A stretch of DNA of 64,000 nucleotides from Obrimoposthia wandeli (GCA_977020255.1 CDROCS010005899.1:1-64000), one strand, 5' to 3'; counted from the stretch's first letter, positions 42,248 through 51,418 are shown. The notes: generated by a model from the sequence alone, not told the origin. Made by a program: numbers and translations.

Positions 42248-42679
42248 TTAAGGCTTGGGGAAATCTCGAATGCCTTCTCCTGGATAGCGCATGATACAGT
42301 CCTCTTTGGATTGTTTGACGACGCGCCCATAAAAGGACTCATCTACCTTTAGCCATTTCTCAACCATGACTTCATCGGTATTGCATTCACTGAATGCAGC
42401 TTTCAGATGGGCTTCGCGCGCATCATAAACCTCTTGAGTGATATTAATATGCTGATGTGCACTCGGAGGCGTTTTTCCTGAGTATCGATTAGGACCTCCT
42501 AAGGCTGTCTGCATAAAATCATTTTGCTGGGATTCTATATGTTCCCTAGGGATGCCCTCAAAAAACTGCTTTAGCCATGGATCGTTATAAATTCGTTCGT
42601 AAAATGCAACAGTCACTCGCTCGATGGATGATCGGCCGCCCATTTGCTCAAATACGGCACTTTTATCTGCTTCGGTCAT
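42248..42679 (-). CDS. Group I truncated (2/2) hemoglobin
   Basis: FEQMGG, FYERI, QFF, ALGGPNRYSG, proximal His in AHQH; C-terminal extension KQSKEDC. Confidence 0.85.
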   Translation of the reverse strand: MTEADKSAVFEQMGGRSSIERVTVAFYERIYNDPWLKQFFEGIPREHIESQQNDFMQTALGGPNRYSGKTPPSAHQHINITQEVYDAREAHLKAAFSECNTDEVMVEKWLKVDESFYGRVVKQSKEDCIMRYPGEGIRDFPKP

Positions 42680-42792
42680 ACCGCTATCCTAGCCCTCGGG
42701 TCTATTTTCGCATTCATTTTGTTTGTGTTCAGAGTAGTTAATTACTCGCGAATGGCAAGAATATGATGGCTAAGTTTGCTCCATGAGCGTTG

Positions 42793-42996
42793 TTACATTT
42801 TCAAAAATTTTGGTACTAGCAATAACATAAATCCAACGATAACCAAGGCTGTCGTATTCTGGATAAGATAGGGATAAATCATCAGTGCAACCCCGGTATA
42901 ACGCGCAACAGCGTGGGATTGCTTTTTACCGTAGATGAAATAGCCAAAACCTATTGATCCAAAAAAAAGACTCCAGAGGATGGTTGTCATATCCAT
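42793..42996 (-). CDS. Small conserved membrane protein
   Basis: LFFGSIGFGYFIYGKKQ, ALMIYPY pattern; three hydrophobic segments. Confidence 0.65.
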   Translation of the reverse strand: MDMTTILWSLFFGSIGFGYFIYGKKQSHAVARYTGVALMIYPYLIQNTTALVIVGFMLLLVPKFLKM

Positions 42997-43214
42997 TTAT
43001 ATACACCTATCTTGGTATTATTAACTTAACTTGCCAATCTATCTTTTAACAAAGTAGCATTTCCTTATGCCTAAGTCGTTGATTTTCATCACGTTCTAAA
43101 AATCTTATTTTGATCCGAATATTAAAAGATAAAAATAGACCTATCGATACAAGCATTCATCGCGGGAGTAACCTAATCTTAAGTAAATCAATCGTTTATC
43201 GGGAAGGGGGATTT

Positions 43215-44498
43215 TTGATATTTGCAAGTTTTAGTCGTTCGAACAACCTATCTCAAAAGATGATGCGTGTTATTTTCTCTATCTACTTGGGTGTAACTTG
43301 CCTAATCACAAGTCTGCAGTTTTTGACCGAATACCTGAAGACGCAAAACTCAATCTTAAATGAATTGAAGCAGTTAGAGCAAACGGTTCACGGCCCTATT
43401 TCAGCTAGTTTGTGGCAATACAACCAACGTCAGCTGGATGTGCTTATTGCTGGTTTGGTCAAAATGCCCATTATTGAGGGTGTTGATATTTTAGATAAAC
43501 ATGCTGAAAATAAAATTTCTAAAAGATCTTATACTCCGGCTACCGCTCCTTTGTCAGTTTTCAAAACACAGTCAGACTTATATTGGACACTGAATGAGGA
43601 GAAAATATTTCTTGGTTCATTGACACTTTATTCATCGTCAGAAATTATTTTAGATCGAGTTTTATTTGGTTTTTCTTTGATCGCTATCACTGCAATAATA
43701 AAATTATCAGTTCTATTTTGGTTGTTTGTTTGGGCCTTTGATCGTTACCTGGCCGTTCCATTAAAAGAATTGATGGTGCAGGTGAATGACGTTCAGCTAA
43801 ACCAGGATTTGAATAAACGGATTAATCTTCCGAATATTGAAAATAACGAACTTAGTCAGCTTCAAGGCCATATGAATGAAATGCTTGCGGCTATCGAGAG
43901 AGATCGAGAAGAATTATTGGAAGATGAGCAAGGTAAGCGAAATCGATTAGAGGATGCTGTTGCGAAGCGCACGGAAGCATTAGAAATTTCGAATGAAAAG
44001 CTTAAAGATCTAGCAACAAAAGATTCGTTGACGGGCACATTAAATAGGGGAAGTTTCTTTCAAACAGCACAACATTTGTTGAATCTTTCTCAACGTCAAA
44101 ATTTACCCGCCTCTTTTATTTTGATGGATCTGGATTATTTTAAAATGATTAATGATACCTATGGCCACTTTATCGGTGACAAGGTACTCATTCATTTCAC
44201 TGATACTATCCGATCCTTCCTCAGAAAATCGGATCTGATTGGACGGGTGGGCGGTGAGGAGTTTGCAATATTTCTGTCTGGTACTGGAACGGACGATGCC
44301 TTCAAACTGGCCGACAAAATAAGAAAGACCATTAGTAATTCAACGTTGGACATTGATGGTAAAACAGTCACTTATACGGTGAGTCTAGGGGTGGATTCAT
44401 CCGAGCCAAATGATCAAACAGTTGACCAGCTATTTAAACGCGCCGACTTGAAACTTTATGGTGCCAAAGATAAAGGCCGTGATCGTGTTGAAAAATAA
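43215..44498 (+). CDS. Membrane diguanylate cyclase (2 TM + HAMP-like + GGEEF)
   Basis: DSLTGTLNR, DLDYFKMINDTYGH, RKSD I-site, GRVGGEEF; TTG start after a G-rich SD. Confidence 0.9.
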   Translation: MIFASFSRSNNLSQKMMRVIFSIYLGVTCLITSLQFLTEYLKTQNSILNELKQLEQTVHGPISASLWQYNQRQLDVLIAGLVKMPIIEGVDILDKHAENKISKRSYTPATAPLSVFKTQSDLYWTLNEEKIFLGSLTLYSSSEIILDRVLFGFSLIAITAIIKLSVLFWLFVWAFDRYLAVPLKELMVQVNDVQLNQDLNKRINLPNIENNELSQLQGHMNEMLAAIERDREELLEDEQGKRNRLEDAVAKRTEALEISNEKLKDLATKDSLTGTLNRGSFFQTAQHLLNLSQRQNLPASFILMDLDYFKMINDTYGHFIGDKVLIHFTDTIRSFLRKSDLIGRVGGEEFAIFLSGTGTDDAFKLADKIRKTISNSTLDIDGKTVTYTVSLGVDSSEPNDQTVDQLFKRADLKLYGAKDKGRDRVEK

Positions 44499-44517
44499 AA
44501 AAGTAGAAAGTAAAAAA

Positions 44518-45324
44518 ATGTTTTCCCCATCTTGGTTAATGCCGCTTATGCTCTTTGGGTTTGGTATCAGTCTATTCAGCACCAGCCATGCTGCAACATT
44601 AAAAGTGTGCTACGACCAGTGGGCGCCGATGACGATATTTCCATCAGAAGGCTCTCCAGCACGTGGCGTTGTCATTGACATGCTGGATCATATCTACACA
44701 TCAAAAGGCTATAAACTGGTATATTACGAAGTGCCTCTGGCAAGAGGTTTGGATATGGTCATAGAGGGTGCATGCGATATATTACCAGAATATTTATTTT
44801 CCAAGCACTCAGAAAAAGGCTTTGTATATGGCAATGAGGCAACATTTTCTTACACCACTGCGTTTGTCGTTAGGCGAGATGATTCATGGCGTTATGAGGG
44901 CATTGAATCCATAGCAGGCAAGCGTATTGCAACGGGGCCTGGCTGGGATTACAGCTCAATGAGCGTTGACTATCAGCATTATATCGACAACCCCAAAAAT
45001 TCGAAATCGGTTGAAGTGATTGCCGGTGATGATGATGTGGTTGATCGGGTTTTCAGTATGATTAGAGATCATAGAGTTGACTTATATGCCGATAACGAAC
45101 TTGTTCTTCAGCATGCTTTAAATCGATTAGGCATGAATGATGATCTTGAAATCGTGCGCCCAGGACTGGAAAATAAATTGGTAGAAATGCCTATATTTTC
45201 CAAGAAAATTCCTGCGGCCAAAAGGCAAAAACTGATAAAAATTTGGGACCAGGGGCGCTTGTCGATGAAGGGCAATAAAGAAAAAATGCTTCTCAAAAAA
45301 TATAATGTTTCATTTGATGAGTAG
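44518..45324 (+). CDS. Periplasmic family-3 binding protein
   Basis: Signal peptide ending SHA, LKVCYDQWAP, VPLARG; immediately after the DGC. Confidence 0.78.
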   Translation: MFSPSWLMPLMLFGFGISLFSTSHAATLKVCYDQWAPMTIFPSEGSPARGVVIDMLDHIYTSKGYKLVYYEVPLARGLDMVIEGACDILPEYLFSKHSEKGFVYGNEATFSYTTAFVVRRDDSWRYEGIESIAGKRIATGPGWDYSSMSVDYQHYIDNPKNSKSVEVIAGDDDVVDRVFSMIRDHRVDLYADNELVLQHALNRLGMNDDLEIVRPGLENKLVEMPIFSKKIPAAKRQKLIKIWDQGRLSMKGNKEKMLLKKYNVSFDE

Positions 45325-45396
45325 CACGTAGAAATAGGACGCTTAAAACTAAGCACTAAAAAGTGATGGTGATTTGAACAACCTAGTAGAAATCCA

Positions 45397-45690
45397 CTAG
45401 GTACGTTCAGCGAGACACTCATAACCGCCCATTTCGAATTCACGACAAATCCACGGGCGTAGTTCATAAATGCTACACATCATGGTAGAACGATCTAGCG
45501 CGGCGCACCAGCCGTCATCTAAACGAGCCATCGTCAGGCTGCCCCACTTATCTTCCGCAATAAACTTTTCCGGCACACCGGTATCGGTAATCAGCATAAC
45601 TTCTAGCTGGCAGCAATTCGCCTTGCAGGTAGAGCAGGTGATTTCTTCGGTGGGCAAGGTGGTGGGTAAGTTCACCAGTTCAATCGTCAT
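45397..45690 (-). CDS. YkgJ-family cysteine-cluster protein
   Basis: CSTCKANCC, CAALD, CSIYELRPWICREF. Confidence 0.85.
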   Translation of the reverse strand: MTIELVNLPTTLPTEEITCSTCKANCCQLEVMLITDTGVPEKFIAEDKWGSLTMARLDDGWCAALDRSTMMCSIYELRPWICREFEMGGYECLAERT

Positions 45691-45702
45691 TTGAACGTGC
45701 TC

Positions 45703-47901
45703 CTATTTAATACCTGCTTTCACGGCGCGCAGTTGATGAAGTTTTTTATAGCTTTCAATCAAGCGTAAGTGCTTATCTAAACCTTCCAGCTTCATACTGG
45801 TTTTGGTTAAACCTAAGAACTTCACCTCACCGGTAATTGAGCCAACCACATTCGCCATAACCTCTGCACCAAACATTCTGGTGAAGTTAACACGGTAATG
45901 CTCAAGTTCTAAATCTTCATCGAGGGTGACTTCAAGTACTGCGTGTAACGCTTGATAGAACAAGCCGCGCGCGACCGTATTGTTGTTGTACTGCAAGTAC
46001 ATCTCGACTAGCTCAATTGCTTCCTCTAATGCCCCTAGCGCGAGATAAATTAGAATCTTTAATTCAACAACGGTCAGTTGACCCCAAGCGGTATTTTCAT
46101 CAAACACAATGCCAATAAGGGTTGGGATGTCGGTATAGTTATCTATCTGACTTTCTTCTAAGCGTTCCACTAAACTCGCCAAAGCATCATCATCGAGAGA
46201 ATGCAGATTCAAGATGTCTTCGCGGTAGGCGAGTGCTTTGTTGGTATTATCCCAAACAAGATCTTCCACCGGATAGACTTCAGAATAATCTGGTACAAGA
46301 ATTCGACACGCAGACCCTAAATCAGAGAACTCAGCGATATACGATTCTTTGCCTAGAGTTTCTAAAATTCCGAATAAGCAATCAGACTCTTCTTCATTGG
46401 TGCCCGAACTATTGTTAGAAAAGCTCCACTCGCAGAATTCAAAATCATGCTTAGCACTAAAAAAGTGCCAAGAAATAACACCGGTTGAATCAATAAAGTG
46501 TTCCACGAAATTTTCTGGTTCAGAAACTTCCATGCTATTGAAGGTCGGCTTGGGCACATCGTTTAGGCCTTCAAAACTACGACCTTGTAATAGCTCGGTT
46601 AAGCTACGTTCTAGCGCCGCTTCAAAACTTGGGTGCGCACCAAAAGACGCAAACACACCGCCGGTTTTTGGATTCATCAAGGTCACACACATCACAGGGA
46701 ATTGACCGCCTAATGACGCGTCTTTCACCACAATAGGAAAGCCTTGAGCTTCCAGCGCGTTAATGCCTTCAACAATACTTGGGTACTTATTAATGACTTC
46801 CTGAGGAACATCAGGCAATACAATTTCTTGCTCAATGATTTGGCGCTTTACTGCACGTTCGAATATTTCCGACAGGCACTGAACCTTCGCTTCGTTAACA
46901 TTATTGCCCGCGCTCATACCGTTACTGAGGAACAAGTTTTCAATTAAATTCGAAGGGAAATAAACCGTCTCACCATCAGACTGACGAATATAAGGAATTG
47001 AACAAATGCCGCGCTCACTATTACCTGAGTTGGTATCAATTAAATGCGAGCCACGAAGTTCGTCTTCAGGGTCATAAATTTCACGGGTATAGTCATCCAA
47101 AATACCTTCTGGCAGCGCATCATCTTCGGTTAACTTAAACCATTTTTCGTTGGGGTAATGGACAAATTCGCTAGTGGCAATTTCCTGACCGAAGAACTGA
47201 TCGTTATAAAAGAAATTACAGTTTAAGCGCTCAATAAACTCACCTAAAGCAGAGCAAAGCGCGCTTTCTTTGGTCGCCCCTTTACCGTTGGTAAAACACA
47301 TTGGCGACGCCGCATCACGAATATGCAAAGACCATACATTTGGCACAATATTGCGCCAAGAAGAAATTTCAATCTTCATTCCCAAGTCGGCCAATAGGTT
47401 GGTCATGTTGGCAATGGTTTGCTCAAGCGGCAGGTCTTTACCCAAGATAAAAGTTTGCTTTTCGTCATCAGCTGCGCCCATCAACATGGCCTGGGCATCA
47501 GCATCGAGACTTGCAACCGTTTCGATCTTGAACTCAGGGCCTGTTTGAATCACTTTTTTCACGGTACAGCGTTCAATGGAGCGTAAAATACCCGCACGAT
47601 CTTTATCAGAAATGGTATCTGGTAGCTCAACCTGAATTTGGAAAATTTGGTTGTAGCGATCTTCAGGATCAACGATGTTGTTTTGTGAAAGTCTAATATC
47701 ATCCGTAGAGATACCTTTACCCACACAATATACTTTCACAAAATAGGCCGCACACAGCGCCGATGACGCGAGGAAGTAATCAAATGGACCCGGTGCGGAA
47801 GCATCACCCTTGTAGCGAATAGGCTGATCTGCGATCACTGTATAATCATCAAACTTGGCTTCAAGTCTGAGGTTGTCGAGAAAATTTACTTTGATTTCCA
47901 T
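45703..47901 (-). CDS. OsmC domain-YcaO family fusion protein
   Basis: N-terminal OsmC (ADQP, PGPFDYFLASSALC, CTVKK) followed by YcaO (FTNGKGAT, ALGEFIER, SNGMSAGN, CLSEIFER, RSLTELLQGR). Confidence 0.9.
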   Translation of the reverse strand: MEIKVNFLDNLRLEAKFDDYTVIADQPIRYKGDASAPGPFDYFLASSALCAAYFVKVYCVGKGISTDDIRLSQNNIVDPEDRYNQIFQIQVELPDTISDKDRAGILRSIERCTVKKVIQTGPEFKIETVASLDADAQAMLMGAADDEKQTFILGKDLPLEQTIANMTNLLADLGMKIEISSWRNIVPNVWSLHIRDAASPMCFTNGKGATKESALCSALGEFIERLNCNFFYNDQFFGQEIATSEFVHYPNEKWFKLTEDDALPEGILDDYTREIYDPEDELRGSHLIDTNSGNSERGICSIPYIRQSDGETVYFPSNLIENLFLSNGMSAGNNVNEAKVQCLSEIFERAVKRQIIEQEIVLPDVPQEVINKYPSIVEGINALEAQGFPIVVKDASLGGQFPVMCVTLMNPKTGGVFASFGAHPSFEAALERSLTELLQGRSFEGLNDVPKPTFNSMEVSEPENFVEHFIDSTGVISWHFFSAKHDFEFCEWSFSNNSSGTNEEESDCLFGILETLGKESYIAEFSDLGSACRILVPDYSEVYPVEDLVWDNTNKALAYREDILNLHSLDDDALASLVERLEESQIDNYTDIPTLIGIVFDENTAWGQLTVVELKILIYLALGALEEAIELVEMYLQYNNNTVARGLFYQALHAVLEVTLDEDLELEHYRVNFTRMFGAEVMANVVGSITGEVKFLGLTKTSMKLEGLDKHLRLIESYKKLHQLRAVKAGIK

Positions 47902-48072
47902 TGAATAGCTTCCACCGTAGAGCTCTGCACATGGAAGCGTTAAACCTTATTAAAACTAAGGTTTAAGTGGCGACCAGACAGCGAATTGATCTTAATTGCG
48001 GGGATTATCGGTTTTTTCGAGGCAATAGTCTTGGGAAGTTATGTAAATTGGGGAAATACGTGTTTTAAGCGT

Positions 48073-48100
48073 GAATATCAGAAAAGTGTTTCTGATATTC
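48073..48100. terminator. Hairpin downstream of the CheY-like remnant
   Basis: Perfect 12-bp stem GAATATCAGAAA/TTTCTGATATTC. Confidence 0.65.
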
Positions 48101-48106
48101 CAAGAA

Positions 48107-48515
48107 TTATTGGGGTTTGACCTTGCGCAGTAATTTAATCACTCGGTACTCAAGATCTTTAGGGGCAAAAGGTTTTGATAGAAAATCACTCACACCAGAT
48201 TCGAGGGCATCAACGACTTTTTCTTTTTCAGTGGTAGCCGTAAGCATAAGAAATGGAATGTCGCGATATTTTTTGGACTCTCTAACAAGTTTGAGCAGTT
48301 CTAGCCCCGACACTTGTGGCATGTCCCAATCACAAATAATTATATCTATAGGTGTATTTTGAAGCTGATTCCAAGCGACACTACAAATTTAGATTACCGA
48401 AAGATCTTACGTACCCGGATGTACGAACCGCCCTTCACTTCAAATTGCGAATCACATCCATGTCATCTACGACCAAGACGCTTAGCGCTTGAAATTGTTC
48501 ATCAATGTTATCCAC
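48107..48515 (-). pseudogene. Single-domain CheY-like response regulator, decayed
   Basis: GTG 48515 gives DNIDEQFQALSVLVVDDMDVIRNLK*; another frame gives AWNQLQNTPIDIIICDWDMPQVSGLELL...DFLSKPF. Confidence 0.8.
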
Positions 48516-48610
48516 CAAATTTTCGCACAGTCGGTTATGCTGAAAAGCAGTACACCAATATCAAGGTACGCGGTTCTGGAATTAATAAGTGTATAGGAAT
48601 GTTGTACTTA

Positions 48611-48665
48611 CTATTAAATGTTAACTCCCAGTGAATGGCAAGTGTTCAGCTGCGAAGTTGGGTCT
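48611..48665. repeat. Partial copy of the 50958-51012 attC-like element
   Basis: 47 of 55 positions identical to 50958-51012 in an ungapped hand alignment. Confidence 0.8.
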
Positions 48666-48679
48666 GGCAGGCATGAGTG

Positions 48680-49060
48680 TCATTTATCTGATGAGCAATC
48701 ACTTTCACAGGCTCTGCACGCTAAACGTTTATCTCGATGTTTTTTTGAGAAATTATCACCATCACCGTATTCAATAAACGAGTCATAGTGATCATGGGCA
48801 CGTAACGCATTATCCGGGTGCTTAATCGGACACCAATACCACTCGGTACGCCCAGCAATCTCGCTGGCATAAGCTAATACGCCATTCGCGTAATCGCAGT
48901 ACAAGCAGTTTAACTTCTGTACAAAAGTAAGGTAGGACAACTTTTTACGATCCAGCGACAAATACTTTTTGCGTTCTACTTTCGGTATCTGATAAACAGG
49001 AAAACAGACCGCCTGGTAGAGTGTGCAAAACAGATCTAAAAATACCACGGGTATCATCAA
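48680..49060 (-). CDS. Cys-rich conserved hypothetical membrane protein (start uncertain)
   Basis: KLNCLYCDYANG, TEWYWCPIKH; frame stays open upstream to about 49141 behind an AAGGAG SD. Confidence 0.7.
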   Translation of the reverse strand: MMIPVVFLDLFCTLYQAVCFPVYQIPKVERKKYLSLDRKKLSYLTFVQKLNCLYCDYANGVLAYASEIAGRTEWYWCPIKHPDNALRAHDHYDSFIEYGDGDNFSKKHRDKRLACRACESDCSSDK

Positions 49061-49202
49061 GCCATAGATTGCTGGTGCTGTTAAAACAACTAATAAGAAA
49101 TGCTTTGGATTTTTTATAACCCTTTGGAACAGTGCGATGACTAATCTCCTTAAACTTTATTTATGTTCTTAATACGTCCAGTTTTTCCAGTAGAGTAAGC
49201 GG

Positions 49203-49259
49203 TGGTAACGCCTTCGGCATAGACGCGAAAGCGCCTAGCCAGAAAGGCGATTGTTAGCC
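49203..49259 (-). other. Degenerate attC-like site
   Basis: Minus strand GGCTAAC ... GTTACCA ends enclosing a GC-rich imperfect hairpin with an unpaired base; 21 bp after the SPFH stop; no T tract. Confidence 0.5.
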
Positions 49260-49280
49260 AATAAATCTAACCGTCGAACG

Positions 49281-50528
49281 CTACTTTTTAACGCGCATGT
49301 CTAGGGATAAATCTTTAGCTGCCTTAACGCTCATCATTTCAATCAAGGTCATAGCATTTGATCCACCGTCGGTTCCAGTGCCGCCGCCCATTTGTACTTC
49401 AGGCACCCATTTTTGTTTCTCGATAGCCGCTGCAAAGCGACCCATAACAGCCTCGTAGGTTGCAAGCTTCTGGGCAAGTGCACCATCCGCCTCGATTACC
49501 AAACGCTTGTATGCACCATCACCTTCACCACGTAAAATTTGCTCTTGCTTATATTCTACTGCGGCTAGTTTCTTTTGCTCAGCTTCAAGTTTTTTCTGAC
49601 GTGCTACTTCTACATTCTTTTTAGCTGAAATAACCGCTACTTCTTTTTCGCGCTCTGCGTCTACTACGGCCTGCTCTTTGACAACTTCTTTCTGGTATTT
49701 AGCCGTCATTACATTCGCCTTACCTTGCTCTTCCGACGTTATGGCGTCTTGCTTAGCACGTTCGGCATTAGCAATAGCAGTAATGATCGCCATGGTTGCT
49801 TCACGTTTGGTAGCAATTTGCTGCAATGTTTTAGGTTCAAAGTCCCAATCGGTGATTTGAAAACCATTAACGTCAATTCCATAATCCGCAAGATCACTAT
49901 CTAAATGCACCGGTAAACCATCGTCGCCATAGCTGATAACCGGAACATTTTTAGTGACTTCCTTACCCGTGCTATCGTCTACCGTAGATATTTTCTCTAG
50001 TCGAGTTTGGAATTTACCTTTTGATATTTGCTGGCTTGACCATTGAGTATAAATGCTACGTTTCTCTGCGTAGGCTTCTTCAGAACTCATTAAACCTGCC
50101 GTTAGGTTCATACCTTCTTCGGTAACAGATTTGATTAATTTTTGTGATACACCGCGATTAGATCGAAACGCTTTATGGAGATGCAGCATGGTAGTTTCAT
50201 CACCAGGAAGTGTAAAACGTGCTTTGCCATAAACCGAACCAGTACCGCCATCTTGGTAACGTACCGAGATGCCGTTTTGATTGATTGAGGTGTCTATGTC
50301 TGCTGAGCTTTTGTCGTAGTCAAACGTAATGACGTCGTTATAAACCTCGGTGCTGCCAAACCATTGAGGATAAATACCTGGAGTGAATTTCACATACAGT
50401 TTACCAGTAGGGTACTGCACAACTGTCCGGTGCCCAGCGTCATTGATGCCGAATGCCATGAAAAGTAAGACTAGAGCTCCGATGAACATGACCCCTGTTA
50501 AGATCAGTTTAGCTGGAATTTTATTCAT
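49281..50528 (-). CDS. SPFH/band-7 domain membrane protein with coiled coil
   Basis: N-terminal TM, VRYQDGG, ITDWDFEP, AE-rich coiled coil; start MNKIP at 50528. Confidence 0.8.
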   Translation of the reverse strand: MNKIPAKLILTGVMFIGALVLLFMAFGINDAGHRTVVQYPTGKLYVKFTPGIYPQWFGSTEVYNDVITFDYDKSSADIDTSINQNGISVRYQDGGTGSVYGKARFTLPGDETTMLHLHKAFRSNRGVSQKLIKSVTEEGMNLTAGLMSSEEAYAEKRSIYTQWSSQQISKGKFQTRLEKISTVDDSTGKEVTKNVPVISYGDDGLPVHLDSDLADYGIDVNGFQITDWDFEPKTLQQIATKREATMAIITAIANAERAKQDAITSEEQGKANVMTAKYQKEVVKEQAVVDAEREKEVAVISAKKNVEVARQKKLEAEQKKLAAVEYKQEQILRGEGDGAYKRLVIEADGALAQKLATYEAVMGRFAAAIEKQKWVPEVQMGGGTGTDGGSNAMTLIEMMSVKAAKDLSLDMRVKK

Positions 50529-50766
50529 TATCTGTTTCCTTATTGGTGCTGTTGTCTTTTGATTTAAGTAGGTGCGTTGCCTTGCGAACACCTTCTTGGC
50601 GTGCTTTTTCTTCAGCAATTTCCAGCTCTATATCGGCTAAATCACCTTCAATGAAGGTGTCACGTAATTCTTCTTCTTTTTTGTCGCGAGTAAAATATTT
50701 TTTGAGCTGATGAACAAGCATCGCCAACAAAAATACAAGCGTAAGTATGATTAATAACCTGATCAT
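50521..50766 (-). CDS. Small single-TM/coiled-coil protein coupled to SPFH
   Basis: MIRLLIILTLVFLLAMLV TM followed by a charged helix; 8-bp overlap with SPFH; AAGGA SD. Confidence 0.7.
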   Translation of the reverse strand: MIRLLIILTLVFLLAMLVHQLKKYFTRDKKEEELRDTFIEGDLADIELEIAEEKARQEGVRKATHLLKSKDNSTNKETDNE

Positions 50767-50965
50767 TTATATCCTTTATTAATAGAAATTATGTCTTTGA
50801 GCGACAATCAAAAAAGATTGTAATCTCGTATTTTTTCACAAAAGGGAACCGCGAAAATTTGTCCGATGAAGGTGTTTGTGTACGCCCAGCATGGGTATGA
50901 ACTAATGAGGTGGAAGTCCTTAATAGAAAGGTCACCATCCTTAGCGATTTAATGCCCCTATTAGA

Positions 50966-51061
50966 TGTTAACTGTTGGCGAATGGCAAGGGCTCAGCTGC
51001 GAAGTTGGGTCTAGAGTGAACCGCTAGCAAAGCTGCGAGCTGATGAATAAACATGTTATGT
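50966..51061 (-). other. Long attC-like element
   Basis: Minus strand ACATAAC ... GTTAACA ends, pairing terminal arms and an internal GCTC/AGCT/CTAG imperfect stem; L-box pairing poor. Confidence 0.45.
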
Positions 51062-51207
51062 GGCCGTAGGCTGGAAGTACTATTTAACAACACTAGGGTA
51101 CAAAACGTATGACGTCATGTGCTGCTTTTTATTAGGAAGCAGGACTACAGTAAATGATGCCGTTACCTACATGGATTTAGGTAAGGGGCGTAAAAGAACG
51201 TGCTGGC

Positions 51208-51292
51208 GAACGTATTCTTAACAGCATTTCTAACTACCGGAGTTTTTAAGGTTCTTGTGGTTTACAGCATGGGCTTGCGATTAGGTGAAGCA
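51208..51292 (+). pseudogene. Tyrosine recombinase remnant (box I)
   Basis: ERILNS in one frame and VVYSMGLRLGEA (51257-51292) in another; resembles integrases associated with IS91-type elements. Confidence 0.55.
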
Positions 51293-51327
51293 TTCAACTC
51301 AGCCAGCCATCTCAATACAGCTTCTGA

Positions 51328-51371
51328 ATCACATTTCTTGCACATTTCACTCACAATTCCTGCACGTTTCA
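51328..51371 (+). promoter_or_regulatory. Four tandem 11-bp direct repeats, OmpR/PhoB-family operator-like
   Basis: ATCACATTTCT-TGCACATTTCA-CTCACAATTCC-TGCACGTTTCA, 47 bp upstream of the cotH start. Confidence 0.65.
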
Positions 51372-51418
51372 ACATTACTATGACTATTCAGTATAAAAAA
51401 CCGAATTAGAGGTGTGCC

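Noticed and set aside
48314-48634. 106-aa plus-strand ORF ending at element A
   Set aside because: Mostly antisense to the decayed CheY gene, with no recognisable motif or SD
51170-51200. DLGKGRKR as the recombinase KG.K.R motif
   Set aside because: Lies upstream of box I, the wrong order for a tyrosine recombinase; probably chance
51290-51380. Minus-strand reading MCKKCDSEAVLRW as a gene fragment
   Set aside because: Coincides with the 11-bp promoter repeats, which explain the sequence better
51200-51409. 69-aa ORF as an intact gene
   Set aside because: Only about 12 residues resemble a recombinase; the rest runs through the cotH operator repeats
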